From: Podarcis pityusensis
Lineage: Eukaryota
Assembly: GCA_964106645.2 (NCBI GenBank)
Contig: OZ067045.1
Strand: one strand, 5' to 3'
DNA: 64,000 bases
Made by a program: the position numbers and the translations under genes
The notes under the pieces: generated by a model
The model's input: only the letters and a program-made list of their open reading frames with translations
Told to the model about the DNA's origin: nothing
The model's database searches: none
Part shown: positions 52,719 to 64,000 of the stretch, piece after piece
How positions within the stretch are numbered: the stretch's first letter is position 1
Layout: each line of letters begins with the position of its first letter

Positions 52719-53119
52719 TGGACCATAAAGAAGGCTGATCGCCAAAGAATTGATGCTTTTGAATTATGGTGCTGGAGGAGACTCTTGAGAGTCCCATGGA
52801 CTGCAAGAAGATCAAACGTATCCATTCTTAAGGAAATCAGCTCTGAGTGCTCACTGGAAGGACAGATCGTGAAGCTGAGGCTCCAATACTTTGGCCATCT
52901 CATGAGAAGAGAAGACTCCCTGGAAAAGACCCTGATGTTGGGAAAGATGGAGGGCACAAGGAGAAGGGGACGACAGAGGATGATATGGCTGGATGGTGTT
53001 CTTGAAGCTACCAGCATGAGTTTGATCAAATTGCAGGAGGCAGTGGAGGACAGAAGTGCCTGGCGTGCTCTGGTCCATGGGGTCACGAAGAGTCGGACAC
53101 GACTAAACGACTAAACAAC
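52719..53119 (+). mobile_element. Bov-B (RTE clade) LINE, 5'-truncated
   Basis: Highly similar to the 33056 copy. 11-bp TSD AAATGTGAAAT (52708-52718, 53120-53130). Confidence 0.95.
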
Positions 53120-53154
53120 AAATGTGAAATACTGCCTCTGGCCCACACCTGTCT

Positions 53155-53600
53155 CAGGTGTGGGGGACATTCAGTCCTCCAGATGTTGCTGGACTACAAC
53201 TCCCATCACCCTCTGCAAGCCTGGGATGGTGGGATATGTTGTTCAGCAGTATCTGGAGGGCCAAAGGATCTATTTAAACAGTTAAAATGGGAACAGAGGG
53301 ATAGCTAGAAAAAGGGGATGGGAAGATGGTTTCAGTGGGTGTCTGTAGCTCAGCAGGGAGCAGTAGTACCCCAAGCTGGAAGCTAAATCCTGTAAATTGG
53401 CAGTGGGTACATACAACTGGCTAGTGGTGGCCATCCTGTGACTTACCGGGGATATAAGTGGTCTTGTGGCCAGGCAAGGAGTAGCTGACATGGCGCCCTC
53501 CAGATGTTTGGCACTCCAACTCCCATCAGCCCCACTCAGCCTGGCTGATGGGCAGAGATGCTGAGTTGTAGTCCGAAACATCTCAATAGCACCATGTTGG
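53155..53600. repeat. Two copies of a short dispersed squamate repeat (GGACTACAACTCCCATC family); others at ~18530, 19280, 21190, 32255
   Basis: Recurrent CTCCAGATGTTG..ACTACAACTCCCATCA..GATGGGA.TTGTAGT palindromic unit. Confidence 0.6.
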
Positions 53601-55194
53601 CTACCGCTGGGCTATGCCCAAAGACCAAACCCAAGCCAGACTGTTTGCCCATCAGTGTACCTATTGTTAACCATATCAATATAACCTCCGAAGAACCTGC
53701 TGGTTCAGGCCAATGGCCCAGCTAGCCCAACACTAGCCAGTCACAGAGGGGCTGACAGGATGCCTCTGGGAAGCTCAAAAGAAAGATATGAGTGCAACAA
53801 CGCTCCAGGAATGGGCATTCAAGAGAGGCATACTGCATTCAGCAGTGGAGGTACTGTGGCACAGAGGGAACCCAGATTCTGTGACATAGCTGAAGGCTCG
53901 GTTCTGCTCTCAAAAGTGGTGCAGGCCTACATGCACATTTGGCCTTCTGGTACCCTCCATCCTAGTGACAAAATGGTGGTGGTAGTGGTGGTGGGCATAG
54001 GTCTCAACCACCCTATGGGATGACATGAAATGGCAGGGATACTGGGAAGAATTCTGCTTCCCTAGCAACTCCCTAAGGTGCAGATCCTTGCACTTCTGAG
54101 AACTCATGCGTCAGGGCAGGTCCACACATCACACATCCAACACATGGCTCCCTTCCCCACACTGAAAAATCTTAGACACTGTAGTTCCCCCTCGCAGAAC
54201 TGCAGTTCCCAGCACCCTTGCCCAAGAGAACTATAATTCCCAGGACTCTTTGGAGGCAACTTGTGTGATTGGGTCATGTATGATGTGGGTCTGCCTTGCG
54301 TAGAGGAGAACCAGTTATCCTGGAAATGGCTGCAGGAGATTCTCAAGGGAGCAAGTGCCCTTTGGCTAAAACCAGGGATCCCCTGGGCCTCCTCTGCTAT
54401 AGACAGCCATGTGTATCACTTCAGTGGTGAAGCATACAATTAATGGGCTTCTCTTTACACCCCCACCATTTGCATGCTAGACAACATTCCTAACGTGTGT
54501 GTTGTGTGTGAGAGAGAAGACAAACGAAAAAGGTTTGCCAACCTTGATTAAAAGCAACAACACTCTGAGCATGTGCAGTTCTGCATTTTAAACCTGCTCA
54601 GACCGTAGCACCATCATGACTCCAGGAACAAAATGCAGTTTTGCTTCTCCTGCACTGACACTAAAAGCAAAAATAATAAAGTGAGCATCTGTGACCGTGT
54701 CTATGCCCAGCTGGCCCACCCCCTGACTTTAAAATGCCTTCAGAAATAAGAAAGGATGCTGAGGCTGCCAGTGGTATTAAGTCCTGGCATGCCCATTCAG
54801 ACCCAAGTGCTGGCATCTGTTTGATGCTGCCTTCGTCACCTGGGTGGTCAGTTTGGGGCTTCTCTGGGTTGCAGGAGCCTAGACCAGCTCTGAGGTCCAG
54901 CTGTGGCTGCATCACGTCCTGGGGCATCCAGGATTCAAAGCAGTCACTCCTCTTTTGCCCTTCCCTTTATCTGGAGTAGCCCTTTTTGAAATCAAGATGC
55001 CCCTGCCCTTGGCTTGTCAAAGCAACAATAATTATGTCAGGTTTAAGAAGTCATACCCTTAGGTTATCTTAACATACGTTTCTGATTCTTCGCCCCACTG
55101 TATAATTTACAAAAAAGAAGTATGGTGGCGCAGCCTTTGACCCAGAACCCACTCCCTGCAAATCCCCCCAAAACATGGGAGCTGGTGAGAGGGC

Positions 55195-55196
<2 letters not shown>

Positions 55197-55230
<34 letters not shown>
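55197..55230. repeat. (TG)n microsatellite; others at ~1263, 50745, 60141
   Basis: Read directly. Confidence 0.95.
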
Positions 55231-55232
<2 letters not shown>

Positions 55233-56516
55233 TTTGAAGCAAATGTTGCAGACATTGAAAAATCACGCTGCCAGTTGCAGATGGCCAATTCAAAACCCGT
55301 TGATCGCTGAGGGATTTGTCCTCATATGGCAGTTTTCTTTATGGATGTCTACTTGTTTCTTCTTTTTTTGTTTTCGGGGGCTTGTTCTGGTGTGCTTGGT
55401 TTGCGCTGTGCGGCACCATGTTTGCCTGAGGCAGCTAATTCCATCTTGTGGCAGAGGAAGAGGTCTTGAACTTGGTCTAAAAGGAGAGAGTGGAAACTTG
55501 AGACCCGCTGGCCAGATTCAGCCCCCAGAGACTTCTCATTTGGGCCCCAGCGTAACCCCTGCTGCTACGGGTTTATTGCGTCTCTGTGCCACCTTTGTCT
55601 CCTAGTTGTTCAAGATGCTGTGCATGGTTCTCCGCCACAACAACCCTGTGAGGTAGGTTAGGCTGAAAGGCAGTGACTGGCCCAAGGTCACCCTGTGAAC
55701 ACTGGTTTTTCCCCTGGTCCTAGTCTGACACTTTAACCACTTCCTCACCCTAGCAATCACCCACAGGCACACAACCCAAGCCTGTCCAGCCACTTTCTCC
55801 CAAGCGGAGGCTCAGACTACACATGATGGCAGTAGACACCTACCTTTTAAATGTGGATCTCTGTAATTGTGTATAAGGGTGTGTGTCTTGAAAAGCAAAG
55901 GAGCATTCGGAAACCTCCGCCCACAATTCCTGCCTCCTTTCCTTCAGCCGGGTTCTGATCCTGGAAATGAGCATAGATGGGAGGAAAGCCTCTCCCCATC
56001 CCCCACCATCCCCTGGGGGGCTTTTCTTCCAGCCCCACCTCAGACAGACTGAGGCAGATCTGCATTTCAAATTTACCAACAGATCTGCCACAGTCACATG
56101 GAGTATAGGCCTATTTAACATCTTTCTTCCCCATTGTGAACACTGAGAGGCTTGGGGCAGAGAACTCCTTCACAGGTCCCTGTCTGAGGTCAGTTAATCC
56201 TAGGAGCAGAGCTGGAGAGCGTGCAGGATCAAGGGTGTTGCTGGTGTGGAAGCAGGACTTGGGGATACTCAAGCTGGAAGGGAAATAAAAGCCCAGTCAG
56301 TTTTGCAAGATCTGGCTTGGAACCTGGAGCGCATGACAAGAGATCTATAATGAACTACTATCCCGGTGCAGGTCCAGAAGTGACTGAGATTCATACCTTT
56401 ACAACCACTTCCCTGCCTTCCTGGTTTCCTGCTGGTTTCTTCCTGTTCCTGAGTAGACCTCTGATGTAGACCACTTCAGGGTTTGAGGGTGGGTGTGGTA
56501 ATCATTGTGGTGTTGG

Positions 56517-56688
56517 TAGGGTTGCCATAAGTCCAGAATTTCATGGACGCACACGGAATACTGGGGCCACAAGCAGTGCCTGGACGGAATTCAGCTAAAT
56601 GCCTGGGAAAATCTGGATGTTCAGCAGTTTTTCCTCAGAAACAGCTCAGAATGTCCATATTCTTTGCAATTTTGCAAAAAAAAAACAA

Positions 56689-56722
<34 letters not shown>

Positions 56723-56920
56723 TTTATACCCCGCCCATCTGGCTGGGCTTTCCCAGCTATTCTGGGCGGCTTCCAAAAAAATATTAAAATACTGTAATAC
56801 ATCAACAAAACAAAACTCAACAATTTTGGCCAAAAGCTAAAAAAAAAAAAACCCACCCCAGAACTTTGGCCAAAATTTAAAAAAACCCTCAACAACTATG
56901 TTTGAAATATGGCAACCCTA
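56517..56920. mobile_element. Non-autonomous hAT element containing an L2 3' tail (minus strand, ~56690-56800)
   Basis: TIR TAGGGTTGCCATA / TATGGCAACCCTA; TSD GGTGTTGG / GGTGTTGA (7/8). Confidence 0.85.
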
Positions 56921-57739
56921 GGTGTTGACAGCAAGATGCCCATGGGACAAAGCAGCCCAGTACCTCCTTCTGTGGATTCCATGCTTCCTTCTCTGATAAG
57001 GCCATAAGAAGAGGCTTCTGGATTGTGCCAAAGGCCCATCTTGCCTAGAACTCTGCTCTCACAGTGGCCCCCCAAATGTCTGGGAGAAGCCCATAAGCAG
57101 AACCTAAGCACAACAGTGATCTCTGCACTTGTTGTTCACAGCTACTGGCATCCAGAGGCATATGTTGCTTCTGACAATAGAGGTAGAAGAATGTCACCAT
57201 TGATAACCTTCTGCTCCATGGAGTAAAGAGTCCTGGGATTCTTTCAGACACAAAGTCCTTCCCGGGGTCCTGGTCAGATTAAACCCTGGCCGTGCTTCAG
57301 CTGTTGCCTCCTGTGCACAAGTCAAAAGAGTGAGGGCATGGCAGCCTGCCATTGGGGGCTGTGTGCCTGGGAGTCAGTGGGCAGAGTCATTGTTGCTGGA
57401 CGTCCAGTCCTTGTTCCATACCTTTTTTTAAAAAATTGTTTTAGCCTTAAAGTATAAGTGGTCAATGTTGTTATCCCTCCTGCTCTGACTGTTGAATGAA
57501 GGTTTCACCCCTGCTGTATAAAATGGTCCACAAAAGCATGTGGCAAAGATCCGTCTCAGATTTTCGAGTCAACTAGCGAACCTTGCCTCAAATTGTAGAG
57601 CCACGGGGTTTGGTGGTGGTTCTCAGAGTACAAAGCAAGATGGGAGCGGCCATTCTGGAGGGAAGGCAAGAAGAGAGAGCAGGAGATGAGCAGAATAAAT
57701 AAAGAATCATTTGAGTGGCCGAATAAGGATTTGAACCAA

Positions 57740-58125
57740 AGTTCTCCAACTCACAAGGCCAACATCTTCTGAGGCCCTTCTTTGTGTGCCTCCTCCTCGA
57801 GAGGTCAGGAGGGTGGCAACACGAGAACGGGGCCTTCTCTGCAGTGGCTTCCCGTCTGTGGAATGCTCTCCCCAGGGAAGTTCACCTGGTGCCTTCACTA
57901 TACACCTTTAGGTGCCAGGCAAAAACGTTGCTTTTTAACCAGGCCTTTGCCTGACCTGATCTACATCCTATACCTTTTTAAAACGCTGTCTCTTTTTAGG
58001 GTGGTTTTTTTATTGGGTTGTTGCTTGATTTTATGTATGTAATCCTTTATGTGACCCGCCCTGAGACCTTCGGGTATAGGGCGGTATAGAAATAAAACAA
58101 ACAAACAAACAAAAATAAAATAAAT
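57740..58125 (+). mobile_element. L2 3' fragment (different subfamily)
   Basis: TRERGLLCSGFPSVE-like degenerate ORF end (AFSAVA..LWNALP frame), 3' stem CCGCCC...GGGCGGTATAGAAATAAA and A-rich tail. Confidence 0.7.
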
Positions 58126-58540
58126 AAACAATATCCCTTATTGTAGCACTAGTGGGTCAGAGTTTTGACCAGGACCAGGAAGGTTCAGATTCAAATCACT
58201 GCTCAGCCTTGACGCTAGTCAGATGATTTTGGGTCTCTCTCTCTCTGTCTGATAAATCTACCTCACAGGATTGTTTGGGGGATAACATGGGACAGTAAAA
58301 ACAATACAGCCTTGGGCTCCTTGGAGAAAAAGCGGGATAGAAATGTAATAAGCACAATCCCATTTGACCATGCATCGTGCGTTTAGCATCCTGGCATTGA
58401 AACCAGATTCTGGATCTGAGCCCAGGCTCTCCTTAAGCCCCTGCACCTCTCCTGCCCCGAGCCTCAGTCGTTTCTCTGTTCTAGCCATTGCCTGCCTCTC
58501 TGCTTCCTTCCCCGGGGTGGCTGGGAAACTCTGACATCTG

Positions 58541-59600
58541 CTACGTTACAGCCGCATCTGTTCCAACTCTACAGACAGAGACTCTCACCTAAGAGATCTA
58601 CAGCAAACCTTTTTAGAACTAAAATATCCACCTGATGAAGTTAAACAACAGATCAACAGAGCCAGACTGATACCCAGAGAGAACTTGCTGCAAGACAGAC
58701 CCAAAAAAGAAAATAACAGAACACCACTAGTAATCACATACAGCTCCCAAGTTAAAACAATTCAACGCATCATCAGAGATCTACAACCTCTCCTAGACAA
58801 TGACAGTTCTCTTTCTCAAGCTCTGGGAGGAAGACCTTTCATTGCCTGCAGACAGCCACCCAATTTTAAACAATTCCTCACCCACAATAATACAACAACC
58901 AGACTTAACATGGACACTGGTACCAGAGCCTGCAATAAACCCAGATGCCAAATTTGCTGCCACATACACCCGGACAACACCATTACTGGCCCCAACAACA
59001 TCAAACATATCATCTCAGGTCTATTTAATTGCTCATCTTCTAACACTGTGTATGCCATCAAATGCCAACAGCGCCCTTCAGCTCTCTATATTGGGCAAAC
59101 AGGCCAAACTCTACGCCAAAGGATAAATGGACATAAATCTGATATCAGGAATCACAGGACAGAGAAACCAGGACATTCTATACAAGAGCTCAAAGTAGCT
59201 GTCTTATTACAAAAGAATTTCAGAAAGAGACTGGAAAGAGAAGTTGCTGAATTGCAACTTATTACCAAACTTAAAACCATGGAGAGACCTGGTCTGAATA
59301 GAGACATTGGACTCTTATCTCATTATACAGGATGAAGCTATTTTTAGCCATCTCACCCCTTGCTTTTTCCTGTAAGACCAATTGCAGTCGTTAACCACAC
59401 CTACCAGCCAATCACCCATTCCCACCACCCTTCTGAGTAATACCCCTCCCGACCCTCTCACTACTCACTATATATAAGGGTCTGGTGACTTCTGTTTCAG
59501 TGTATCTGAAGAAGTGTGCATGCACACGAAAGCTCATACCAGTAGCAAACTTAGTTGGTCTCTAAGGTGCTGCTGGAAGGAATTTTTGTTTGTTTGTTTC
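58541..59600 (+). mobile_element. Penelope-like retroelement (PLE), 5'-truncated: C-terminal RT/linker plus GIY-YIG endonuclease and 3' terminal region
   Basis: Frame open 58541-59335 with LRYSRICS, RQPPN, CNKPRCQIC, NTVYAIKC...LYIGQTGQTLRQRINGH (GIY-YIG) and GLNRD, followed by a TATA-like TATATAA and a hammerhead motif. Confidence 0.92.
59502..59539 (+). ncRNA. Minimal type I hammerhead ribozyme motif within the PLE 3' end
   Basis: GTAT (stem I) - CTGAAGA core - A - GTGTG CATG CACAC (stem II) - GAA - AGCT palindrome replacing stem III - C (predicted cleavage after 59535) - ATAC (stem I'). Confidence 0.75.
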
Positions 59601-60136
59601 ATCTTTAGTCAGTCTTTGCAGATCTCTGGGCTGACAGTCTCTCTAGCAGCGGCTGGGCACCAGGACCCAGCTGAAGCACAGGGGGAGGCGCTGCTGCTGC
59701 CTGGGCTCTCAGCATGCAGCTCACTCCTCGCCTTCCATTCAGAAAATAATACCCCCTCCAGAAGGGATTGGAACCACTGGGGCGGGAATCTGGATTTGTG
59801 AGCAGGCACGAGCATAAGGTCATCTGCTTGGGGAAGAACCTGGAGCTCCCTGATCAGAGCCACTTGGGCGAGGATGGAAGCAGGCAAGCAGCAGCGGCAT
59901 AGGAAACATTTTTATGCCTCGTTCCTGGAAAAGTTCTTTTTTCTTTTCTTTTTTGTTAGCTGCGCGGCTTCTTTCATGCTGTGCCTCCCCCTCCCCCTCT
60001 GCTTCCCCCAAATCCAGAGTCTGTGTCAAGGATACCCAGTCAGAATTAATTACACAAGTTAATTAAGCTTGTGCACATGTACTTAATTTTTGCATAAATC
60101 GTTTTCTTCTTCTGACATTCCGGTTTTTAAAAGGAT

Positions 60137-60181
<45 letters not shown>

Positions 60182-60584
60182 AAGAGGAGGAGGGGGACCT
60201 TCGGTAACAAAGAGAGAATGAAGAGTGAGGTTAGCAAGAGGAAATGCGGTCTCTCCTTCAGATTGCCCGTTTTCCGGATTCAGAGCAGGAGTGGCAGTCT
60301 TAGAAGCACAGAATCATAGTCACAGAATCATAGAATGGTAGAGTTGGAAGGGGCCACAAGGGTCATCTAGTCCAAACCCCTGCGATGCAGAAATCTTTTG
60401 CCCAATGTGCGGCTCAAACCTACAACCCTGAGGTTAAGAGTCTCATGCTGTACTGACTTCAGCTATCCCTTCAGTATTGCAGCCCTCCAGATGTGACTGC
60501 AGATCCCATCATCCCTGCAACATCTGAAGAAGAGCCATAGGTTAGGTAACCTTGCTGTAGGAGATTATTAACCTACCTGTCCAT

Positions 60585-60933
60585 GGGACATGGGTGGCGC
60601 TGTGGTCTAAACCACTGAGCCTCTTGGGCTTGCCGATCGGAAGGTCGGAGGTTTGAATCCGCTCGATGAGGTGCACTCCTGTTGTTCTGTCCCAGCTCTT
60701 GCCAACCTAGCAGTTTGAAAGCACACCAGTGCAAGTAGATAAATAGGAAGGAAACCGCGTTTCCATGCGCTCTGGCATCTGTCATGGTGTTTCATTGCAC
60801 CAGAAGTGGTTTAGTCATGCTGGCCACACGACCCGGAAAGCTGTCTGTGGACAAACGCTGGCTCCCTCGGCCTGAAAGTGACTGGCCTTTGACTGGACTT
60901 AACCATTCAGGGGTTCTTGACCTTTTTACCTTT
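60585..60933 (+). mobile_element. Sauria SINE with internal deletions
   Basis: Same body and tail. 11-bp TSD TACCTGTCCAT (60574-60584, 60934-60944). Confidence 0.9.
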
Positions 60934-61115
60934 TACCTGTCCATCCACCCTGTTATCTTAATTTCTCTCCTTGCTCCCTTTCTGCTGTGCCAATCAATTG
61001 TTAATCCCACCTACCCACTTCCTCTTGCTCTCAATTATTTATTTATTATTAAATCTGAATGGAAGCTGTCAAGGATGGCTTATTCATTATAGATGGATTA
61101 TCCCCTGCTCCCAAT

Positions 61116-61151
<36 letters not shown>

Positions 61152-61647
61152 TATGCAAGATGGCCAACAAGGTAGGGATACTAAAGTAGCAATGAGGGAT
61201 GGAAAGCTGTAATTGTTGCTAATAATGAATTGTTGTCTGATCCTTTTTACACCAAACCTTCATAGGACTCCATTCACATGTTTCTCAACTTTTATGATCC
61301 TGAAGACTGTCGGTTTACCAGGTTCCCTTTAATCTGCATTCTGCATTAGATGTCACTGTTTGCCCATTTTGATGTGAACTTGAAGAGAGAGAGAGAGAAA
61401 GAAAGAGGATAGATACATGAATTATTGGTTACAAGATAGGGTGAGAGTCCGCCTGTAATTTTCGCATTTCCTTTCCTTATAGAAAATGATTTAGAAAGCG
61501 TGTGTTTTGCTTGAAACCTTGAGGCAGGTTATTTGACTTGGGTAAGGTAAGGACAGATTTCACAGCTCCTTTTTTGGGTTGAACACTGAGCTTCCCACCT
61601 GAGGGCCTGAAGTTTATATAATCAGGTGTTAAGCCAAGTTTACACCA

Positions 61648-62517
61648 ACACCATACATTTAGAGCACATTTGATGCACATAGCTTCTCCCAGATAATCCT
61701 GGGAAAGCCACTTCCGCAATAAACAAGGAGGTGGGGTTGCGGGAATCCCCGCCCGTGTCATACCCCGGGCCAGCCAATCGGCTGGCTCCGGGGGCGGGGC
61801 CTCGGCTATTTAAACCTGCCACAGCCGAGGCTCCTCCTCTTTTCTTCCGCTGCTGCAGCTGACCCGGTTTTCCCGCCCATCCCACCCCTTTTTAGGATAG
61901 GTTCTCTGACGTTGCTATGAATTCCGGTTGGTCGCCATCAAGGGGCCTGGTAGGAATTTTCCCAAATGGCAGGTTGGCTCCAGCCATTTGGTTTTCGCCT
62001 ACCTCGTAGCCAACCGTCACAATACCGTCTTCGGTATTGGCGGTTAGGCATTGGTAGGGGTACTGTCCTATTGTTATGCAAATGAAGGGGGAAGGAGCGC
62101 CATCACCTTCCCCTAAGCAAGGGTAGTTCGGTAAAGGATTCTGGGGGGCGTGGCCTTGTCCTAAGCCTAAGGAGGTGTGGGCCCATGGGCGGTGACACCC
62201 GGGTGAGGTCCTAGTTGACGTGCCTCAGCAGGACTCCTCCCTCTGGTGATTAACCCTTCCGGCCTCTAGCCGGTTAGTAGTTAGGACCATTGCCTAAGCC
62301 AATACTGCTCAATTCCTGTAATCAATAAAGTTGTGGCCCAATTTGACCCATTAACCTGAATTCTTGTGTCCTGTGTCTTTATTTCCTCGGGGGGAGGCGG
62401 GAACTCGCCACACAACTGTAGTTTGTTAAGGGCACTGGGAATTGTAACTCTGTAGGGAGCAAACTACAGTTTCCAGGATTTTTTGAGAGGAAGCCCTGTG
62501 CTTTAACTGTATGGTGT
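61648..62517. mobile_element. Palindromic MITE-like host element (related copy ~54120-54290)
   Basis: Termini ACACCATACATTTAGAGCACA / TGTGCTTTAACTGTATGGTGT (19/21 inverted match). Confidence 0.7.
61706..62413 (+). mobile_element. Non-coding LTR-like insertion, possibly a terminal-repeat unit of a DIRS/Ngaro tyrosine-recombinase retrotransposon
   Basis: CpG-rich insert splitting a palindromic MITE (61648-62517). CCAAT 61774, GC box 61791, TATTTAAA 61807, AATAAA 62324. No TG..CA termini and no clear TSD. Confidence 0.55.
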
Positions 62518-62529
62518 ATCTGTGACTTA

Positions 62530-62720
62530 GGACTTGGGGGACCAGGGGTTCAAATCCCCACTCAGCCATGAAGCCTACTAGTTGACCTTGGGGCAGTCAC
62601 AGTCTCTCAACCTAACCTACCTCACAGGATTGTTGTGGAGATAACATGGGACAGGAGAGGACCGTGTACTCTACCTAGAGCTTTTTGGAGAGATGGTGGG
62701 ATAGAAATGGAATAATAAAA
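62530..62720 (+). mobile_element. Older tRNA-derived SINE (Squam3/CORE-like); other copies at ~27855-28003, 31868-32075, 49985-50190(-), 55630-55745(-), 58150-58350
   Basis: B box GGTTCAAATCC followed by CACTCAGCCATGAAGC..GTGACCTTGGG..AACCTACCTCACAGG shared by all copies. Confidence 0.75.
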
Positions 62721-64000
62721 TCAGAAGAAGCGTGTGTGTTTTTAGTTTTGTTCCCAAACATTAGCTCTCTGTGTGCCCCGCCACCCCTGCAAAATGTCCC
62801 CACTTCTGCATTTGGTGGTCATCGTCACAATGCTCTTTACCCATGATCGTAAAGAATAAGTCTTCTTTTTTCAAAGATGTACCCTTCCTCTAACTTCTAA
62901 CTTTTGTCTCTTAGCACTTTAGAAGCTCTGGAGAGATGGTGAGGTGGGCAGTTTTAAAGTCCTGTTACCCACCTTGAGTTCTCAGGATAGGGCAGGTTGA
63001 ACCCCGCCCCCCTTCCCCCTTTTAGCTTCAGCTCTATGACCCTGGGCTGGAAATAGTTATTTTACTGGCTGATGAATGAGGTGTGAATTGCTGAAGATGG
63101 AGCCTCTCTCAAGCTGTGTTCACACTTGTTCAGCCTCCATCCTGGCTCCCGTCTGCAATCCTTGCTGAACTGTGAACATATTGTAAGACTTGGCAGCTGT
63201 AAAGGGACCAGAATAGAATGACTTCTGCTCTCTTTGCCTGGAACCTGTGGCCTTACCTGAATCTCACTTTGAAACTGATCATGCTGGGGTGGGGAAAGCA
63301 TCAAATCAGACAGCATGAGAGACGGAAACAGGACAAAAAATCTAAGAACATAGGGAAACCTCTTTAAACCGAGCCAGACCCCTGGTCCATCTAACTCATT
63401 CCTGTCTACACTGACAGGCTGTGACTCTGCAGGGCTTCAGAAATGCCCTACCTTGGAGATGCTGGGGACTGAACCATGCAAAGCCCTATGCACAACCCTT
63501 GAGAGATGTCCCTTCCTCTTTCATTTTCCAACCTGTCTTCCTTTTGGTAGCCTTTTTTACATCGCTCCATCCTCTGAGGAAACTCCTGTGTGTGGCAGAG
63601 GATTATGGGACATGTGGCAGGATGCTCTTCACAATGGGCCATACAATCACCTCTTGCTAAATGAGAGCATGGCTTAGCATGCTGGGTGCACTTCCTTTCT
63701 GAAAAGCTTCCATTTCATAACTGGTCCCTGAGAAACCTTAAAGCTCAGGGATGGCAAACCTAAGACCTGCTAAATACTGTCAGATTCTGATTCCCATCAG
63801 CCCCAGCTAGCAAAGAATGGATGGCCACAAGTTTCCTCACCTGAGCTCTGCCTAGCTTCAGAAGGAGCCCTAGGTTTTCTCCGCGCACGGCTAGCTCGTG
63901 AGATTGAAAATCTGCTGCTCTGTTGCCTTTGATACCTGGGAAACATGGGCAGGATTCTCCACGTTCCTGTATCCCAGCATTCAACAGCCCTCAAGACCTC

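Noticed and set aside
58685-59335. 216-aa host nuclease gene
   Set aside because: GIY-YIG domain of a truncated Penelope element; the frame extends upstream without a start and appears to have a short in-frame deletion (EKP^GHS).
1-64000. CRISPR arrays, rRNA genes, prokaryotic operons
   Set aside because: No regularly spaced repeat-spacer arrays or rRNA-like sequence; the DNA is vertebrate intergenic/intronic.

Overview
Eukaryotic genomic DNA from a squamate reptile. The repeat complement (Sauria SINE, Bov-B, L2, CR1, Penelope, hAT and Tc1/mariner MITEs) suggests a lacertid lizard; this is inference. Most of the window is non-coding and repeat-rich. The only host-gene feature I can support is a CpG-island promoter (~47.1-48.5 kb) with a + strand first coding exon (47454-47538) encoding a signal peptide and ending in a phase-1 GT donor. 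I see no convincing exon 2 in the remaining ~16 kb, so the gene is not named. Candidate cis-elements include a near-consensus REST/RE1 site (15748), a consensus CTCF motif (44832) and an exact octamer-overlapping TAATGARAT element in the promoter. Almost all ORFs in the supplied track are retroelement fragments or spurious. The most interesting sequence-level observations are: (1) a minimal hammerhead ribozyme motif at the 3' end of a Penelope-like element; (2) a ~700-bp non-coding insertion (61706-62413) with its own promoter boxes, a densely base-paired core and a poly(A) signal; (3) a hAT element with a perfect 8-bp TSD carrying a CpG-rich CCAAT/ETS/YY1 cassette and a short ORF; (4) several informative nested insertions. 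No prokaryotic features or CRISPR arrays are present. Repeat family names come from recognition, not database search.
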